Positions 21,076-30,328 of a stretch of DNA of 64,000 nt are shown here, one piece after another; positions within the stretch are counted from its first letter, which is position 1; each line of letters begins with the position of its first letter. Both the position numbers and the translations under genes were made by a program. Origin of the DNA: Candidatus Nomurabacteria bacterium GW2011_GWE1_32_28 (lineage in GTDB: Bacteria; Patescibacteriota; Minisyncoccia; Phycocordibacterales; UBA9973); NCBI GenBank assembly GCA_000989515.1, contig LBOM01000003.1, positions 15,411-79,410 of the forward strand, written 5' to 3'. The notes beneath the pieces were generated by a model, which saw only the letters and a list, made by a program, of their open reading frames with translations, was not told the origin of the DNA and did no database searches.

Positions 21076-21100
21076 TAAAAATGGTATTCCATTTATTATT
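21076..21100 (+). terminator. candidate intrinsic terminator after dedA
   Basis: aaatgg-tatt-ccattt hairpin followed by T-rich tract. Confidence 0.35.
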
Positions 21101-21196
21101 TACTTGAACGACGAGCAGAACGCTCCCGAAGCTTCGCTAGATAGATTGCATTATAAAAATTATTTCTATGTTTTTAATTTATTTATTTTATTTTAT

Positions 21197-21208
21197 ATAT
21201 GCTAAAAT
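21197..21208 (+). promoter_or_regulatory. extended -10 promoter TGcTAAAAT 6 nt before ATG of PGI/PMI gene (leaderless)
   Basis: tataTGCTAAAATatagacATG; same TGCTAAAAT box recurs at 28860. Confidence 0.5.
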
Positions 21209-21214
21209 ATAGAC

Positions 21215-22183
21215 ATGTACGAATCCATAAAAAATTTTAATAAACAGTTTTTATATGAACCTGAAACGATAAATGAAGAAAATTTATTCAAAAAATCTAA
21301 TTTTATTGTAGTTGGTATGGGAGGTTCTGCGCTTGCTCCCCTTTTATTAAAAAAATACAAACCAGAAATTAGCATCATGATCCATAACAATTATGGATTA
21401 CCTCAAATCAGTAAAAAGGAATTAGAAAACAGTTTAATAATATTAAGTTCCTATTCTGGAAATACAGAAGAAGTGCTAGACGCATTTCAAAAAGCAAAAG
21501 AAAATAATCTAAGTATGGCTGTGATATCTGTCGGTGGAAAATTATTATCCCTAGCTAAAGAAAATGGTATTCCTTATATAAAATTACCAAATACTGGCAT
21601 ACAGCCTCGTATGGCTCTCGGTTATTCAATAAAAGCATTTCTTAAACTTATTGGAGATGAAGATGGATTAAAGGAAATTAGTAAACTATCTGAAATTCTT
21701 AATCCAAATGATTACGAAGAAACTGGGAAAATATTTGCTAAAAAATTAAAAAATTATGTTCCAATTATTTATACATCAAGTAATAATTTATCTATAGTTT
21801 ACAATTGGAAAATTAAATTAAATGAAACTGGCAAGATTCCTTCTTTCTATAATGTTCTTCCAGAATTAAATCATAATGAAATGACCGGTTTTGATGTCGT
21901 AGACGCGACAAAAGAATTAAGTAATAAATTCTATTTTATTATTTTAAAAGACGAAGAAGATGATGAAAGAATAATAAATAGAATGAATATATTAGAAAAA
22001 TTATATAAAGATAGAAATCTAAAAGTAGAAATAATAGAAATAAAAGGAAATGACATTTGGCATAAGATATTTTCATCACTCGTATTGGCAGACTGGACTG
22101 CATATTACACAGCATTAGAATATGAACAAGACCCAGAACAAGTCCCCATGGTAGAAGAACTTAAAAAACTCATTACGAAATAA
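21215..22183 (+). CDS. bifunctional phosphoglucose/phosphomannose isomerase (archaeal-type SIS-domain PGI/PMI)
   Basis: 322 aa; SIS-domain motif VVGMGGSALAPLL; family common in archaea and CPR bacteria. Confidence 0.7.
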   Translation: MYESIKNFNKQFLYEPETINEENLFKKSNFIVVGMGGSALAPLLLKKYKPEISIMIHNNYGLPQISKKELENSLIILSSYSGNTEEVLDAFQKAKENNLSMAVISVGGKLLSLAKENGIPYIKLPNTGIQPRMALGYSIKAFLKLIGDEDGLKEISKLSEILNPNDYEETGKIFAKKLKNYVPIIYTSSNNLSIVYNWKIKLNETGKIPSFYNVLPELNHNEMTGFDVVDATKELSNKFYFIILKDEEDDERIINRMNILEKLYKDRNLKVEIIEIKGNDIWHKIFSSLVLADWTAYYTALEYEQDPEQVPMVEELKKLITK

Positions 22184-22414
22184 TAATAATTCCTTCTTTA
22201 TTTTTCTCTTTCCTAATATTATCAAAAATATCAAAACAGTCCTCTTTGTTTATATCCCAATCAGGATGAGAAACCTTATAATCTTCAATTATATATAGAA
22301 CTTTTGGAAAAGCATTTATATAAATATATGTGTGAATAAAGTGATTAATCCCCTTTTTTTGTTTATGTGTATAGTTTGGTACGCTATTGGAACCAATTTG
22401 TTGCGAAATAAGGA

Positions 22415-22960
22415 CTAAATTAGATTCTTTATTTTATTTATAACCAACCCAGCTTCTTCTGTAATTTCATTATTTAAAGTTTCTTTTATTATATTCAATT
22501 TTTCTATACTTTCTTCTATATATTTCTCTGGTGAAATTTTAAGCATACTCCATATATCAAATCCTTCTTCAATAGCAGTAATTATAGCTCTCCTATTATC
22601 TAATAAATCAGCTCCACTTATTGCTTTAATTTCATTGTCAGCTATTTTAAGATTTTCTAAATAAGCTAATCTTCTTTTTTCTTTTGGTAAATCTTTATTT
22701 AGAGTAACTCCTTTTACTAATTGTGCCACTCGTGAATTAAACATTTTTATAATATCTTCTTCTGTATATTTTGTATCTTCTATGATATCGTGCAAAATTC
22801 CAGCAATAATTACATCTTCAGAATATTTAGCTGATTGAAGAATATATCCAACAGAAAGTGGATGAATAATATAAGGTTTGTTGTCTTTTCGTAATTGTCC
22901 TTCATGTGCTTCCTTTGCAAAAAGAATAGCCTTAGTAATATTTTCAGATATTAATTTCAT
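22415..22960 (-). CDS. HD-domain (p)ppGpp hydrolase-like protein (small alarmone hydrolase, SpoT N-terminal domain)
   Basis: HPLSVGYIL...AGILHDIIEDT matches the RelA/SpoT HD hydrolase motifs. Confidence 0.65.
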   Translation of the reverse strand: MKLISENITKAILFAKEAHEGQLRKDNKPYIIHPLSVGYILQSAKYSEDVIIAGILHDIIEDTKYTEEDIIKMFNSRVAQLVKGVTLNKDLPKEKRRLAYLENLKIADNEIKAISGADLLDNRRAIITAIEEGFDIWSMLKISPEKYIEESIEKLNIIKETLNNEITEEAGLVINKIKNLI

Positions 22961-22984
22961 AAATTAATTATACACTAATTTCAA

Positions 22985-23073
22985 TGCGGAGGCGGTGAGA
23001 TTCGAACTCACGGTTCCGATTAAGGAACGGCGGTTTAGTAAACCGCTGGTTTAAACCACTCACCCACGCCTCC
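22985..23073 (-). tRNA. class II tRNA, Ser-like (G73), apparent anticodon loop UUACUAA (anticodon ACU as read; unusual)
   Basis: same acceptor and T arms as tRNA-Ser at 1921-2007; long variable arm GTTCCTTAATCGGAAC; anticodon needs verification. Confidence 0.65.
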
Positions 23074-23164
23074 GTAGGTATATTTTATTAATGAAAAGAG
23101 TATATCAGAAAAATGTAAAAATACAAAAAACGTGTTAAAGTAATTAAGTTATTAAACATTAGAT

Positions 23165-23253
23165 GGAGACGTGTCAGAGTGGTCTAACGTACCTCTTTGC
23201 TAAAGAGGCAGGGGCTTCAAAACCCCTCGCGAGTTCGAATCTCGCCGTCTCCG
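23165..23253 (+). tRNA. tRNA-Ser (anticodon GCU)
   Basis: GGAGACG acceptor, anticodon stem CCTCT/AGAGG with loop TTGCTAA, long variable arm, GAGTTCGAATCTC T-arm. Confidence 0.85.
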
Positions 23254-23255
23254 CT

Positions 23256-25526
23256 ATGGAATTAGCGGACAAACTTGAAACAAAATTTCGCTTAGATATC
23301 AATCAAAAAAAAGCTTTACATAAGTTAAATCTTTTTTCTGTTCACGACTTATTATTTCACTTCCCTGTTCGATATAGTGATATGAGCGAAATAAAAAAAA
23401 TATCAGAATTAGTTACTGGTGAAGTAGCCACAGTCTATGGAAAAGTTTCAAACTTAAAAACAAAAAAAGGGTTTAAATCTAAGATACCTATGGGTGAAGC
23501 AGAGATAGAAGACTTATCTGGAAAAATAAAAATCACTTGGTTTCATCAAGCATATTTAGCAAAAATGATCCACGAAGGAGACAATGTAAAACTCACAGGA
23601 AAAGTAACAGAAAGCAAATATGGATTATATTTAGCAAATCCAGAATTTGAAAGAACAAGCCTTATGCCAATAGATTCCCATGATTCTTTATTTACAAAAG
23701 GAGACATGAACAATCAAGGATATTCATTCCCTATTTATCACGAAACAAAAGGAATAACTTCAAAATGGTTTTACCATGCAATAGAAAAAATATTGAGAGA
23801 TAAAACATTAGATAATATAGAAGACTATATTCCAAAAGATATTTTAAAAAAATACAATCTTCCAACCTTAAAAACCTCTCTAGTCTGGATTCATAAACCA
23901 AAAGATGCACGTGATGCAGAATCTGCAAGAAAAAGATTTGCTTTTGAAGAAGTTTTTTGTATCCAAATAGAACGCCAACATGATAAATTGGAGTATAAAA
24001 AAAATAAATCTTTTCAAATAAAAACAAAAGTAAAAGAAAAAGATGAATTTGTAAAACGCTTCCCTTTCACTCCTACTGACTCTCAAAAGAAATCTATACA
24101 AACAATATTAGAAGATATGGGTAAAACTTTTCCAATGTCGAGACTATTGGAAGGCGATGTCGGCAGTGGAAAGACAGCTGTCGCAGCTACAGCTGCGTAT
24201 ACCACTGTTATCCAAACTCCAAACGGGCAAGGATTTGGTAATTTACAGGTAGCCTATATGGCTCCAACTGAGATATTGGCAGCACAGCATTTTGAATCTT
24301 TTATAAAATATTTTAAACATCTACCTATTAACATAGGGCTCATCACAGGCTCTGGTTGTCGTAAATTCCCTTCTAAAGTAGCTTCAAGTATTTTGAAGCC
24401 AGCAGACATACCTAGAGGAGTATTCGCTACAAACAGAAAAAACTTGCCCTCCCAAAATGAAATACAAACGACGGCAGGTATGTCTGCTGGCTTTCAAAAT
24501 TGGACCAATATATCTCGCACACAACTTTTAAAATGGACAGCAGAAGGAACAATACCCATTTTGATAGGCACACACGCCCTCATTCAAAAAACAGTTAAAT
24601 TCAAAAACTTGGCATTGGTTGTAATAGATGAACAACATAGATTTGGTACAGCACAAAGAAGAAAACTTGTAAGAAAAGACAACATCGCACCTCATTTGCT
24701 TTCAATGACAGCGACACCTATTCCCCGCACATTAGCACTAACAGTATATGGAGATCTTGATTTATCTTTACTTAATGAAATGCCAACAGGAAGAAAACAA
24801 ATAATTACAGAAATTATTACTCCAAATAAACGTGACGAAATATATGAAGAAATAAGAAAAGAATTAAAGAATGGTAGACAACTTTATGTGATATGCCCTA
24901 GAATTGATGAACCAGATCCAGTAAAAGAAATGGCCGTTCAAGCCAAATCAGCAATAGCAGAAGCTAAACGTCTTAAAAAAGAAGTATTTCAAGAATATGA
25001 AATAGGTGTGCTACACAGCAAAATGAGCAAAGAAAAAAAAGAGAAAGTAATGCAGGATTTTACAGAAGGTAAAATAAATATACTATGCGCAACTTCTGTT
25101 ATAGAAGTCGGCGTGAATGTACCAAATGCAACTATAATAATAATAGAAGGAGCAGAAAGATTCGGACTTGCTCAACTCCATCAACTTCGCGGACGAGTAA
25201 TAAGAAGCAATCATCAAGCATATTGTTATATTTTTGCTGATGCAAAATCTGACAAGACTATTCAAAGATTAAAAGCACTCAAAACTGCAAAAAATGGTTT
25301 TGAATTAGCAGAATTAGATCTCACACTTCGTGGCTCTGGTGAACTTGGAGGAAATAAACAATGGGGTATTTCTGATTTAGGAATGGAAGCAGTAAAAAAT
25401 TTGAAAATGGTAGAAGCCGCTCGCACCGAAGCCATTCGTCTAGTATCTATAGATCCAGAACTAAAAAACTACCCATTACTTAAATCTAAGGTAAAAGAAA
25501 AAGCTGGAGAGTTTCATTTTGAATAA
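23256..25526 (+). CDS. recG: ATP-dependent DNA helicase RecG
   Basis: Walker A LLEGDVGSGKT, DEQH box VVIDEQHRFG, wedge domain N-terminal; start moved to ATG 23256, 3 nt after the tRNA; ~80-aa insertion in helicase domain 1. Confidence 0.85.
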   Translation: MELADKLETKFRLDINQKKALHKLNLFSVHDLLFHFPVRYSDMSEIKKISELVTGEVATVYGKVSNLKTKKGFKSKIPMGEAEIEDLSGKIKITWFHQAYLAKMIHEGDNVKLTGKVTESKYGLYLANPEFERTSLMPIDSHDSLFTKGDMNNQGYSFPIYHETKGITSKWFYHAIEKILRDKTLDNIEDYIPKDILKKYNLPTLKTSLVWIHKPKDARDAESARKRFAFEEVFCIQIERQHDKLEYKKNKSFQIKTKVKEKDEFVKRFPFTPTDSQKKSIQTILEDMGKTFPMSRLLEGDVGSGKTAVAATAAYTTVIQTPNGQGFGNLQVAYMAPTEILAAQHFESFIKYFKHLPINIGLITGSGCRKFPSKVASSILKPADIPRGVFATNRKNLPSQNEIQTTAGMSAGFQNWTNISRTQLLKWTAEGTIPILIGTHALIQKTVKFKNLALVVIDEQHRFGTAQRRKLVRKDNIAPHLLSMTATPIPRTLALTVYGDLDLSLLNEMPTGRKQIITEIITPNKRDEIYEEIRKELKNGRQLYVICPRIDEPDPVKEMAVQAKSAIAEAKRLKKEVFQEYEIGVLHSKMSKEKKEKVMQDFTEGKINILCATSVIEVGVNVPNATIIIIEGAERFGLAQLHQLRGRVIRSNHQAYCYIFADAKSDKTIQRLKALKTAKNGFELAELDLTLRGSGELGGNKQWGISDLGMEAVKNLKMVEAARTEAIRLVSIDPELKNYPLLKSKVKEKAGEFHFE

Positions 25527-25531
25527 AATTG

Positions 25532-25605
25532 TCCGCCCTCTACGATTCGAACGTAGGACCCTCGAGGTATAAGCTCGATGCTCTAACCAACTGAGCTAAG
25601 GGCGG
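25532..25605 (-). tRNA. tRNA with anticodon UAU (Ile, AUA-decoding), Ile2-like body
   Basis: CCGCCCT/AGGGCGG acceptor, D-arm GCTCAGTTGGTTAGAGC, anticodon stem TCGAG/CTCGA loop CTTATAC, T-arm CTACGTTCGAATCGTAG. Confidence 0.7.
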
Positions 25606-25844
25606 ATGTTTATATTATCTAAAAATTTTCTTCCTTGTCCAGATTTTAAAAATTTTTCTCTTTTCATCGCTTCTATTTTTGTTTTATATTCCTCAGAATA
25701 GATTAACATAAAAGGTTTATTTTGTCTCGTAAAAGAATTTTTTCCAGAATTATGTTCCATTAATCTCTCTTTTGTAGACTTACTTGTAAAGCCAACATAT
25801 CTTTTTCCATTTTTTAAACTTCTTAAAACATAGATATTAAACAT
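25596..25844 (-). CDS. GIY-YIG nuclease-superfamily protein (UPF0213-like)
   Basis: 82 aa; FNIYVLRS...YVGFTS (GIY...YIG) and EHN motifs; 3' end overlaps the tRNA by ~10 nt. Confidence 0.6.
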   Translation of the reverse strand: MFNIYVLRSLKNGKRYVGFTSKSTKERLMEHNSGKNSFTRQNKPFMLIYSEEYKTKIEAMKREKFLKSGQGRKFLDNINIRP

Positions 25845-25959
25845 AAATATATTAAATTAATGGACAGAGCTTGAGCCAAAGGCTCATCAGCCTCTGGCTG
25901 AAAGGGCGGATATAAATACACTATATTATTTTAAAAATAAAAACAATGTATTTTATATT

Positions 25960-27882
25960 TTATGCTTTTATTTCTTCTATCTTCTTTGGCATTATTCCAT
26001 TTGCAGTTATTATTTTATTGTATTCCTCCTGTTCTAATGTTTCAACTTCAATAAGTTTGTTTGCAATGGCAGACAAAGCTTTTCTATTTTCTGTCAAAAC
26101 TTTTTCAGCTGATTTTATTCCGTCATTTATAATTCTTGAAACCTCAGAATCAATCTTAGTAGAAACGGTTTCAGAATAAGGATCTTCACTTCTCTCTCCC
26201 CAATTTAATTTACCACCATCACTTCCAAAAGTGACTGGTCCAATTACATCAGACATCCCCCATCTTGTCACCATAGCACGAGCAAGATTTGTAGCCACCT
26301 GCAAATCACTAGATGGTCCTGTAGTAATATCACCAAAAATCATCTTTTCAGCTACATATCCACCTAAAGACATTGCAATATCATCTATAAATTCTTTTTT
26401 AGACTGCAAACGTCTTTCTTCAAGAGGAAGTTTTAATGTGTATCCTCCAGCATTACCACGAGCGATAATAGAAACTTTGTGTACGGGATCAGCATTTGGA
26501 AGAACAGACGCTACAAGAGCATGTCCTGCCTCATGATATGCTGTGATCTCTTTTTCTTTTTTAGAAAGTAAATGGCTTTTTCTCTCAGGACCAAGCATTA
26601 CTTTTTCAATAGCACGAATTAAATCAAATTGAAAAACTTTTTTACGATTCTCACGTGCTGCAAGTATCGCTCCTTCATTCATCAAAGAATACAAATCAGC
26701 ACCAGAGAATCCAGGAGTTCTTTCTGCAATTAATTTTAAATTAATATCTTCTGCTAGTGGTTTTAATAATGCATGGATATTAAGAATCTCTTCACGATCA
26801 ACACGATCTGGTAAATCAAGCATTACCTTTCTGTCAAATCGTCCTGGACGAATGAGTGCAGGATCAAGAACATCAGGTCTGTTTGTAGCTGCCATAACAA
26901 TAACTTTTTCATTAGGCTCAAAACCATCCATCTCAACTAAAATTTGATTTAATGTTTGTTCCCTTTCATCATTTCCACCCCCAAAACCACCACCACGAGT
27001 TCGTCCGATAGCATCTATCTCATCCATAAATATGATGGCCGGTGCAGCTTTTTTAGCCATTTTAAATAAATCACGCACACGTGAAGCACCTACTCCGACA
27101 AACATTTCAACAAATTCTGACCCAGATAAATGAAAAAATGGAACACCTGCTTCCCCCGCTACTGCACGGGCAAGCAATGTCTTTCCTGTTCCTGGAGCAC
27201 CAGTCAAAATTACCCCTTTAGGAATTCTTGCACCAATATCTAAAAACTTTTTAGGATTTTTCAAAAAATCTACAATTTCTTTTAATTCTTCTTTTGCTTC
27301 TTTACATCCAGCAACATCTTTAAAAGTTACTTTATTGTTTTTATCATTTGGATCTGTAATGCGAGCCTTGGATTGACCAAAAGAAAATGCTTGCATTCCA
27401 GCACCCTTAACTTGTCGTGAGATGTACCAAAAGAAAAATATAATAAAAAGAATTGGCAAAAGAAAAGGTAATAAATTCATAACCCAATACCCAAAACCAC
27501 TTTCATTTTTAACTTCTATATTTGTAAGAGCTAAAGATTCTGGTTTTACTCCATAATTAAAAAGCGTCTGAGAAAGAGATGATTCTATCTCTTTTTTAGA
27601 AATTTTCTCTTCATCATTTTTATATGTAATAGTTAACTTTTCTCCTTCCACTAAAATAGTCCTAACCTCCCCTGCTGTAACACTTTTTGCTAATTCTGAA
27701 ATAGGAACTTCTAAAGTCTCCTTATTGGTTCCAGATACCATTATATAAAGAGCTGTAATAGTCATAAATATCAAAATAGCTCCAAGCATACTGCCTGAAA
27801 ACCTAGGGTTTTCTTTTCTCTTTTTACCTTTATTCTTAACTTTATCCTTAATATCTTTTTGATTTAAAAAATTAAAATCCAT
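25960..27882 (-). CDS. ftsH: ATP-dependent zinc metalloprotease FtsH
   Basis: AAA motif GAPGTGKT, second region of homology, HEAGH zinc site. Confidence 0.95.
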   Translation of the reverse strand: MDFNFLNQKDIKDKVKNKGKKRKENPRFSGSMLGAILIFMTITALYIMVSGTNKETLEVPISELAKSVTAGEVRTILVEGEKLTITYKNDEEKISKKEIESSLSQTLFNYGVKPESLALTNIEVKNESGFGYWVMNLLPFLLPILFIIFFFWYISRQVKGAGMQAFSFGQSKARITDPNDKNNKVTFKDVAGCKEAKEELKEIVDFLKNPKKFLDIGARIPKGVILTGAPGTGKTLLARAVAGEAGVPFFHLSGSEFVEMFVGVGASRVRDLFKMAKKAAPAIIFMDEIDAIGRTRGGGFGGGNDEREQTLNQILVEMDGFEPNEKVIVMAATNRPDVLDPALIRPGRFDRKVMLDLPDRVDREEILNIHALLKPLAEDINLKLIAERTPGFSGADLYSLMNEGAILAARENRKKVFQFDLIRAIEKVMLGPERKSHLLSKKEKEITAYHEAGHALVASVLPNADPVHKVSIIARGNAGGYTLKLPLEERRLQSKKEFIDDIAMSLGGYVAEKMIFGDITTGPSSDLQVATNLARAMVTRWGMSDVIGPVTFGSDGGKLNWGERSEDPYSETVSTKIDSEVSRIINDGIKSAEKVLTENRKALSAIANKLIEVETLEQEEYNKIITANGIMPKKIEEIKA

Positions 27883-27940
27883 ATGAAGATAATAGCATAA
27901 AAAACATAAAAATTAAAATTTTTTATTTAATTAAATTTTG

Positions 27941-28339
27941 TGGAGATGCGGGGAATTGAACCCCGGTGCAGAAGATTTTTGTAAATAAATCTATATGTTT
28001 AGTACATTTTTTTGTTTTAAATCAAAAAATTCTTAAATGAACAAAATATTTTTCAATCGATTCCCTTTGTTTTGGAAAAAGTCAGGACACTCTTTTCCCT
28101 ATCCCGATAATATTATGCCTTAACTTATATATCGGAAGTCTATAAGAAAGACACCAGCTTACGCTAAAGCGTATGCTGGAGCAAAAGCAAAGTCCTTCAT
28201 ACCGAAATATGGAGAAACTGAAGCTTTCACTTTAGCAGTCAATTTTGCAATTAACATTTGAACGAAGTTTTACGAGATTACGTACATTCTCGACATGCAT
28301 ATTAAACAATTGAATCAACTGTCTATGCCTTGCATCCCC
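27941..28339 (-). ncRNA. ssrA: tmRNA (transfer-messenger RNA)
   Basis: 5' GGGGAUG pairs with 3' CAUCUCCA including G3:U70; T-arm GGTTCAATTCCCC; internal frame ends ...PAYALA-UAA; 11 nt downstream of smpB. Confidence 0.85.
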
Positions 28340-28350
28340 ATATTTTTTTA

Positions 28351-28797
28351 TCAACGTCCTTTTACTTCTCTCCTTATCTCACGATCAGTATCGCGTTTTT
28401 TTATACTCTCACGTTTATCTTGTTTTTTCTTTCCTTTAACTAAAGCAATTTCGACTTTAATTTTTCTACCTTTATTATACACTGAAATTGGTACTATTGT
28501 CAAACTCTTATTCTTCTCACTACTTATGAGTATCAATATTTCTTTTTTAGTAAGTAAAAGTTTTCTATTACGAAGTGGATCATAATCCTTTGGTGTATTA
28601 TTAACCTGAAAAGGTGGAATATTTGAATTAATTAAAAACACTTCCCCTCCTCTAACAATAACAAAGGCCCCTTCTAGGGACATTTGTCCACTTCTCACAG
28701 ATTTAACTTCAATACCAAAAAGCTCAATACCTGCTTCGTATTTTTCTAAGATTTCATAATTAAATCTCGCTTTTCTATTTTGAGCATAGTTGGCCAT
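28351..28797 (-). CDS. smpB: SsrA-binding protein SmpB
   Basis: 148 aa; ARFNYEILEKYEAGIELFGIEVKS conserved N-terminus. Confidence 0.9.
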   Translation of the reverse strand: MANYAQNRKARFNYEILEKYEAGIELFGIEVKSVRSGQMSLEGAFVIVRGGEVFLINSNIPPFQVNNTPKDYDPLRNRKLLLTKKEILILISSEKNKSLTIVPISVYNKGRKIKVEIALVKGKKKQDKRESIKKRDTDREIRREVKGR

Positions 28798-28840
28798 AAA
28801 TATATACTAACATTTGGAAGAATCAATAAAAAGCTCCTTC

Positions 28841-28868
28841 TTGATAAAAAGGAAAATTGTGCTAAAAT
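28841..28868 (+). promoter_or_regulatory. promoter TTGATA-17nt-TGcTAAAAT; ATG 6 nt after -10 (leaderless)
   Basis: cTTGATAaaaaggaaaattgTGCTAAAATatataaATG. Confidence 0.55.
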
Positions 28869-28874
28869 ATATAA

Positions 28875-30302
28875 ATGCCATTAAAACCTGAATTAAATGT
28901 TTCTGGATATAGAGGAGTTTGGGGAGAAAGTTTAAATGATGAAATAGTATCGAGATATACTCATGGTTTTGTTTTTTTTACTAAAGAAGAATCAAAAAAA
29001 GAAAATCTAACTATATTAATTGGTAGAGATGGACGTGAAAGTGGTCCTGAAATAAGAAAAATAATTATTAGAGAATTTAAAAAGCTCAAAATTAATTTTG
29101 TTGACGGAGATGTAATGCCGACACCTACAGTTTTATTTTCTGTTCGCAAACATAAATATGATGGTGCTATTATTATTACCGCATCTCATAATCCAATAGA
29201 ATATAATGGTCTCAAATTTGTCAACAACAAAGCACTTTTTACTATTAAAGAGGAAGTTGAAAAAATAAATAGTTTTCAAAAAGATGTTGTTTTGGGAAGT
29301 ATTGCGCAATCTATAGAGCCGAAACAAGCAATCTTTCAACATAAAATTATGTGTGCTGAAAGAAATAATATTTTTTGTAAACTATTTTCAAAAAAAGTTC
29401 CTAATTTTTCCAAAGAACATGTTGATCAAATTTTAGCTAATATAAATATAAAAGCTATTCGCGATAGAAAATTTAAGGTCGCTGTAGATATGATGAATGC
29501 TTCTGCCTGTGTAATAGATCCTTATCTTTTTAAAAAACTCGGAGTAGAGTTAATACCTTTAAATAATATTCCAAATGGAAAATTTGCCCATAAGCCAGAA
29601 CCACTTAAAGAAAATTTAAGTGACATAGAAAATTTAGTTAAAGGATCTAAGGCAGATCTTGGTTTTGTCCATGATCCTGATGCAGACAGACTAGTAATCG
29701 TTGATGAAAATGGAGAAGTAGTCTCAGAAGAATATTCTGTAGCCTTTGGAATAGAAAATATCTTATCCAAAAATAGAGGTAAACCAATAGTAATAAATTT
29801 ATCAACATCTCAAATGGGTGCAGATATAGCAAAGAAATATAATAGCGAGTGTTTTCGTTCAAAAATAGGAGAAGGATATGTAGTAGAAAAAATACTTTCC
29901 CATAATGCAATTATTGGCGGTGAAGGAAATGGTGGAGTAATATACCCTACTATCAATACAGTACGTGATAGTTTTACTAGTTTATCTCTTATTCTTGAAC
30001 TTCTAGCAGAAAGAAAGCAAACTGTTACTGAATGCATAGCAACATTGCCAAAATACTTTATTAAAAAAGATAAATGGCCAATAGCTGGAAAAGATCTAAA
30101 TGATATATATAAAAAATTAAAATCTCATTTTAATAATGCAAAGATAGACGAACAAGACGGTTTACGCCTAGATTTACCTGATGGGTCATGGATACATTTA
30201 AGACCATCAAATACAGAGCCCATAATAAGATTATTTGGGGAATCTAAAGATGAAAAAAGTATAAATGATATTTTTAAAGAGGTAAAGAAAAACTTGCAAT
30301 AA
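28875..30302 (+). CDS. phosphohexomutase (phosphoglucosamine mutase / phosphomannomutase family)
   Basis: active-site TASHNP motif (IIITASHNPIEYNGLKF); 475 aa four-domain layout. Confidence 0.8.
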   Translation: MPLKPELNVSGYRGVWGESLNDEIVSRYTHGFVFFTKEESKKENLTILIGRDGRESGPEIRKIIIREFKKLKINFVDGDVMPTPTVLFSVRKHKYDGAIIITASHNPIEYNGLKFVNNKALFTIKEEVEKINSFQKDVVLGSIAQSIEPKQAIFQHKIMCAERNNIFCKLFSKKVPNFSKEHVDQILANINIKAIRDRKFKVAVDMMNASACVIDPYLFKKLGVELIPLNNIPNGKFAHKPEPLKENLSDIENLVKGSKADLGFVHDPDADRLVIVDENGEVVSEEYSVAFGIENILSKNRGKPIVINLSTSQMGADIAKKYNSECFRSKIGEGYVVEKILSHNAIIGGEGNGGVIYPTINTVRDSFTSLSLILELLAERKQTVTECIATLPKYFIKKDKWPIAGKDLNDIYKKLKSHFNNAKIDEQDGLRLDLPDGSWIHLRPSNTEPIIRLFGESKDEKSINDIFKEVKKNLQ

Positions 30303-30328
30303 AAAAATTAAAATTTAATAATAAACTT

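Noticed and set aside
21100-21140. GC-rich segment gaacgacgagcagaacgctcccgaagcttcgctag with 10-bp palindrome cgaagcttcg
   Set aside because: Short palindrome (contains a HindIII site) without flanking structure or repeats elsewhere in the window; insufficient to call a feature
23163-23255. N-terminal 31 codons of the ORF-track recG (METCQSGLTY...)
   Set aside because: These codons are the tRNA-Ser(GCU) gene itself; recG starts at ATG 23256
25850-25905. Second tRNA or tRNA pseudogene upstream of the GIY-YIG gene
   Set aside because: Only the first 9-10 nt match the tRNA 5' end; the remainder forms two 3-nt-loop hairpins that cannot make a cloverleaf
28295-28585. ORF 28295-28585(+)
   Set aside because: Overlaps the tmRNA 5' region and the smpB 3' end on the opposite strand; hydrophobic low-complexity product
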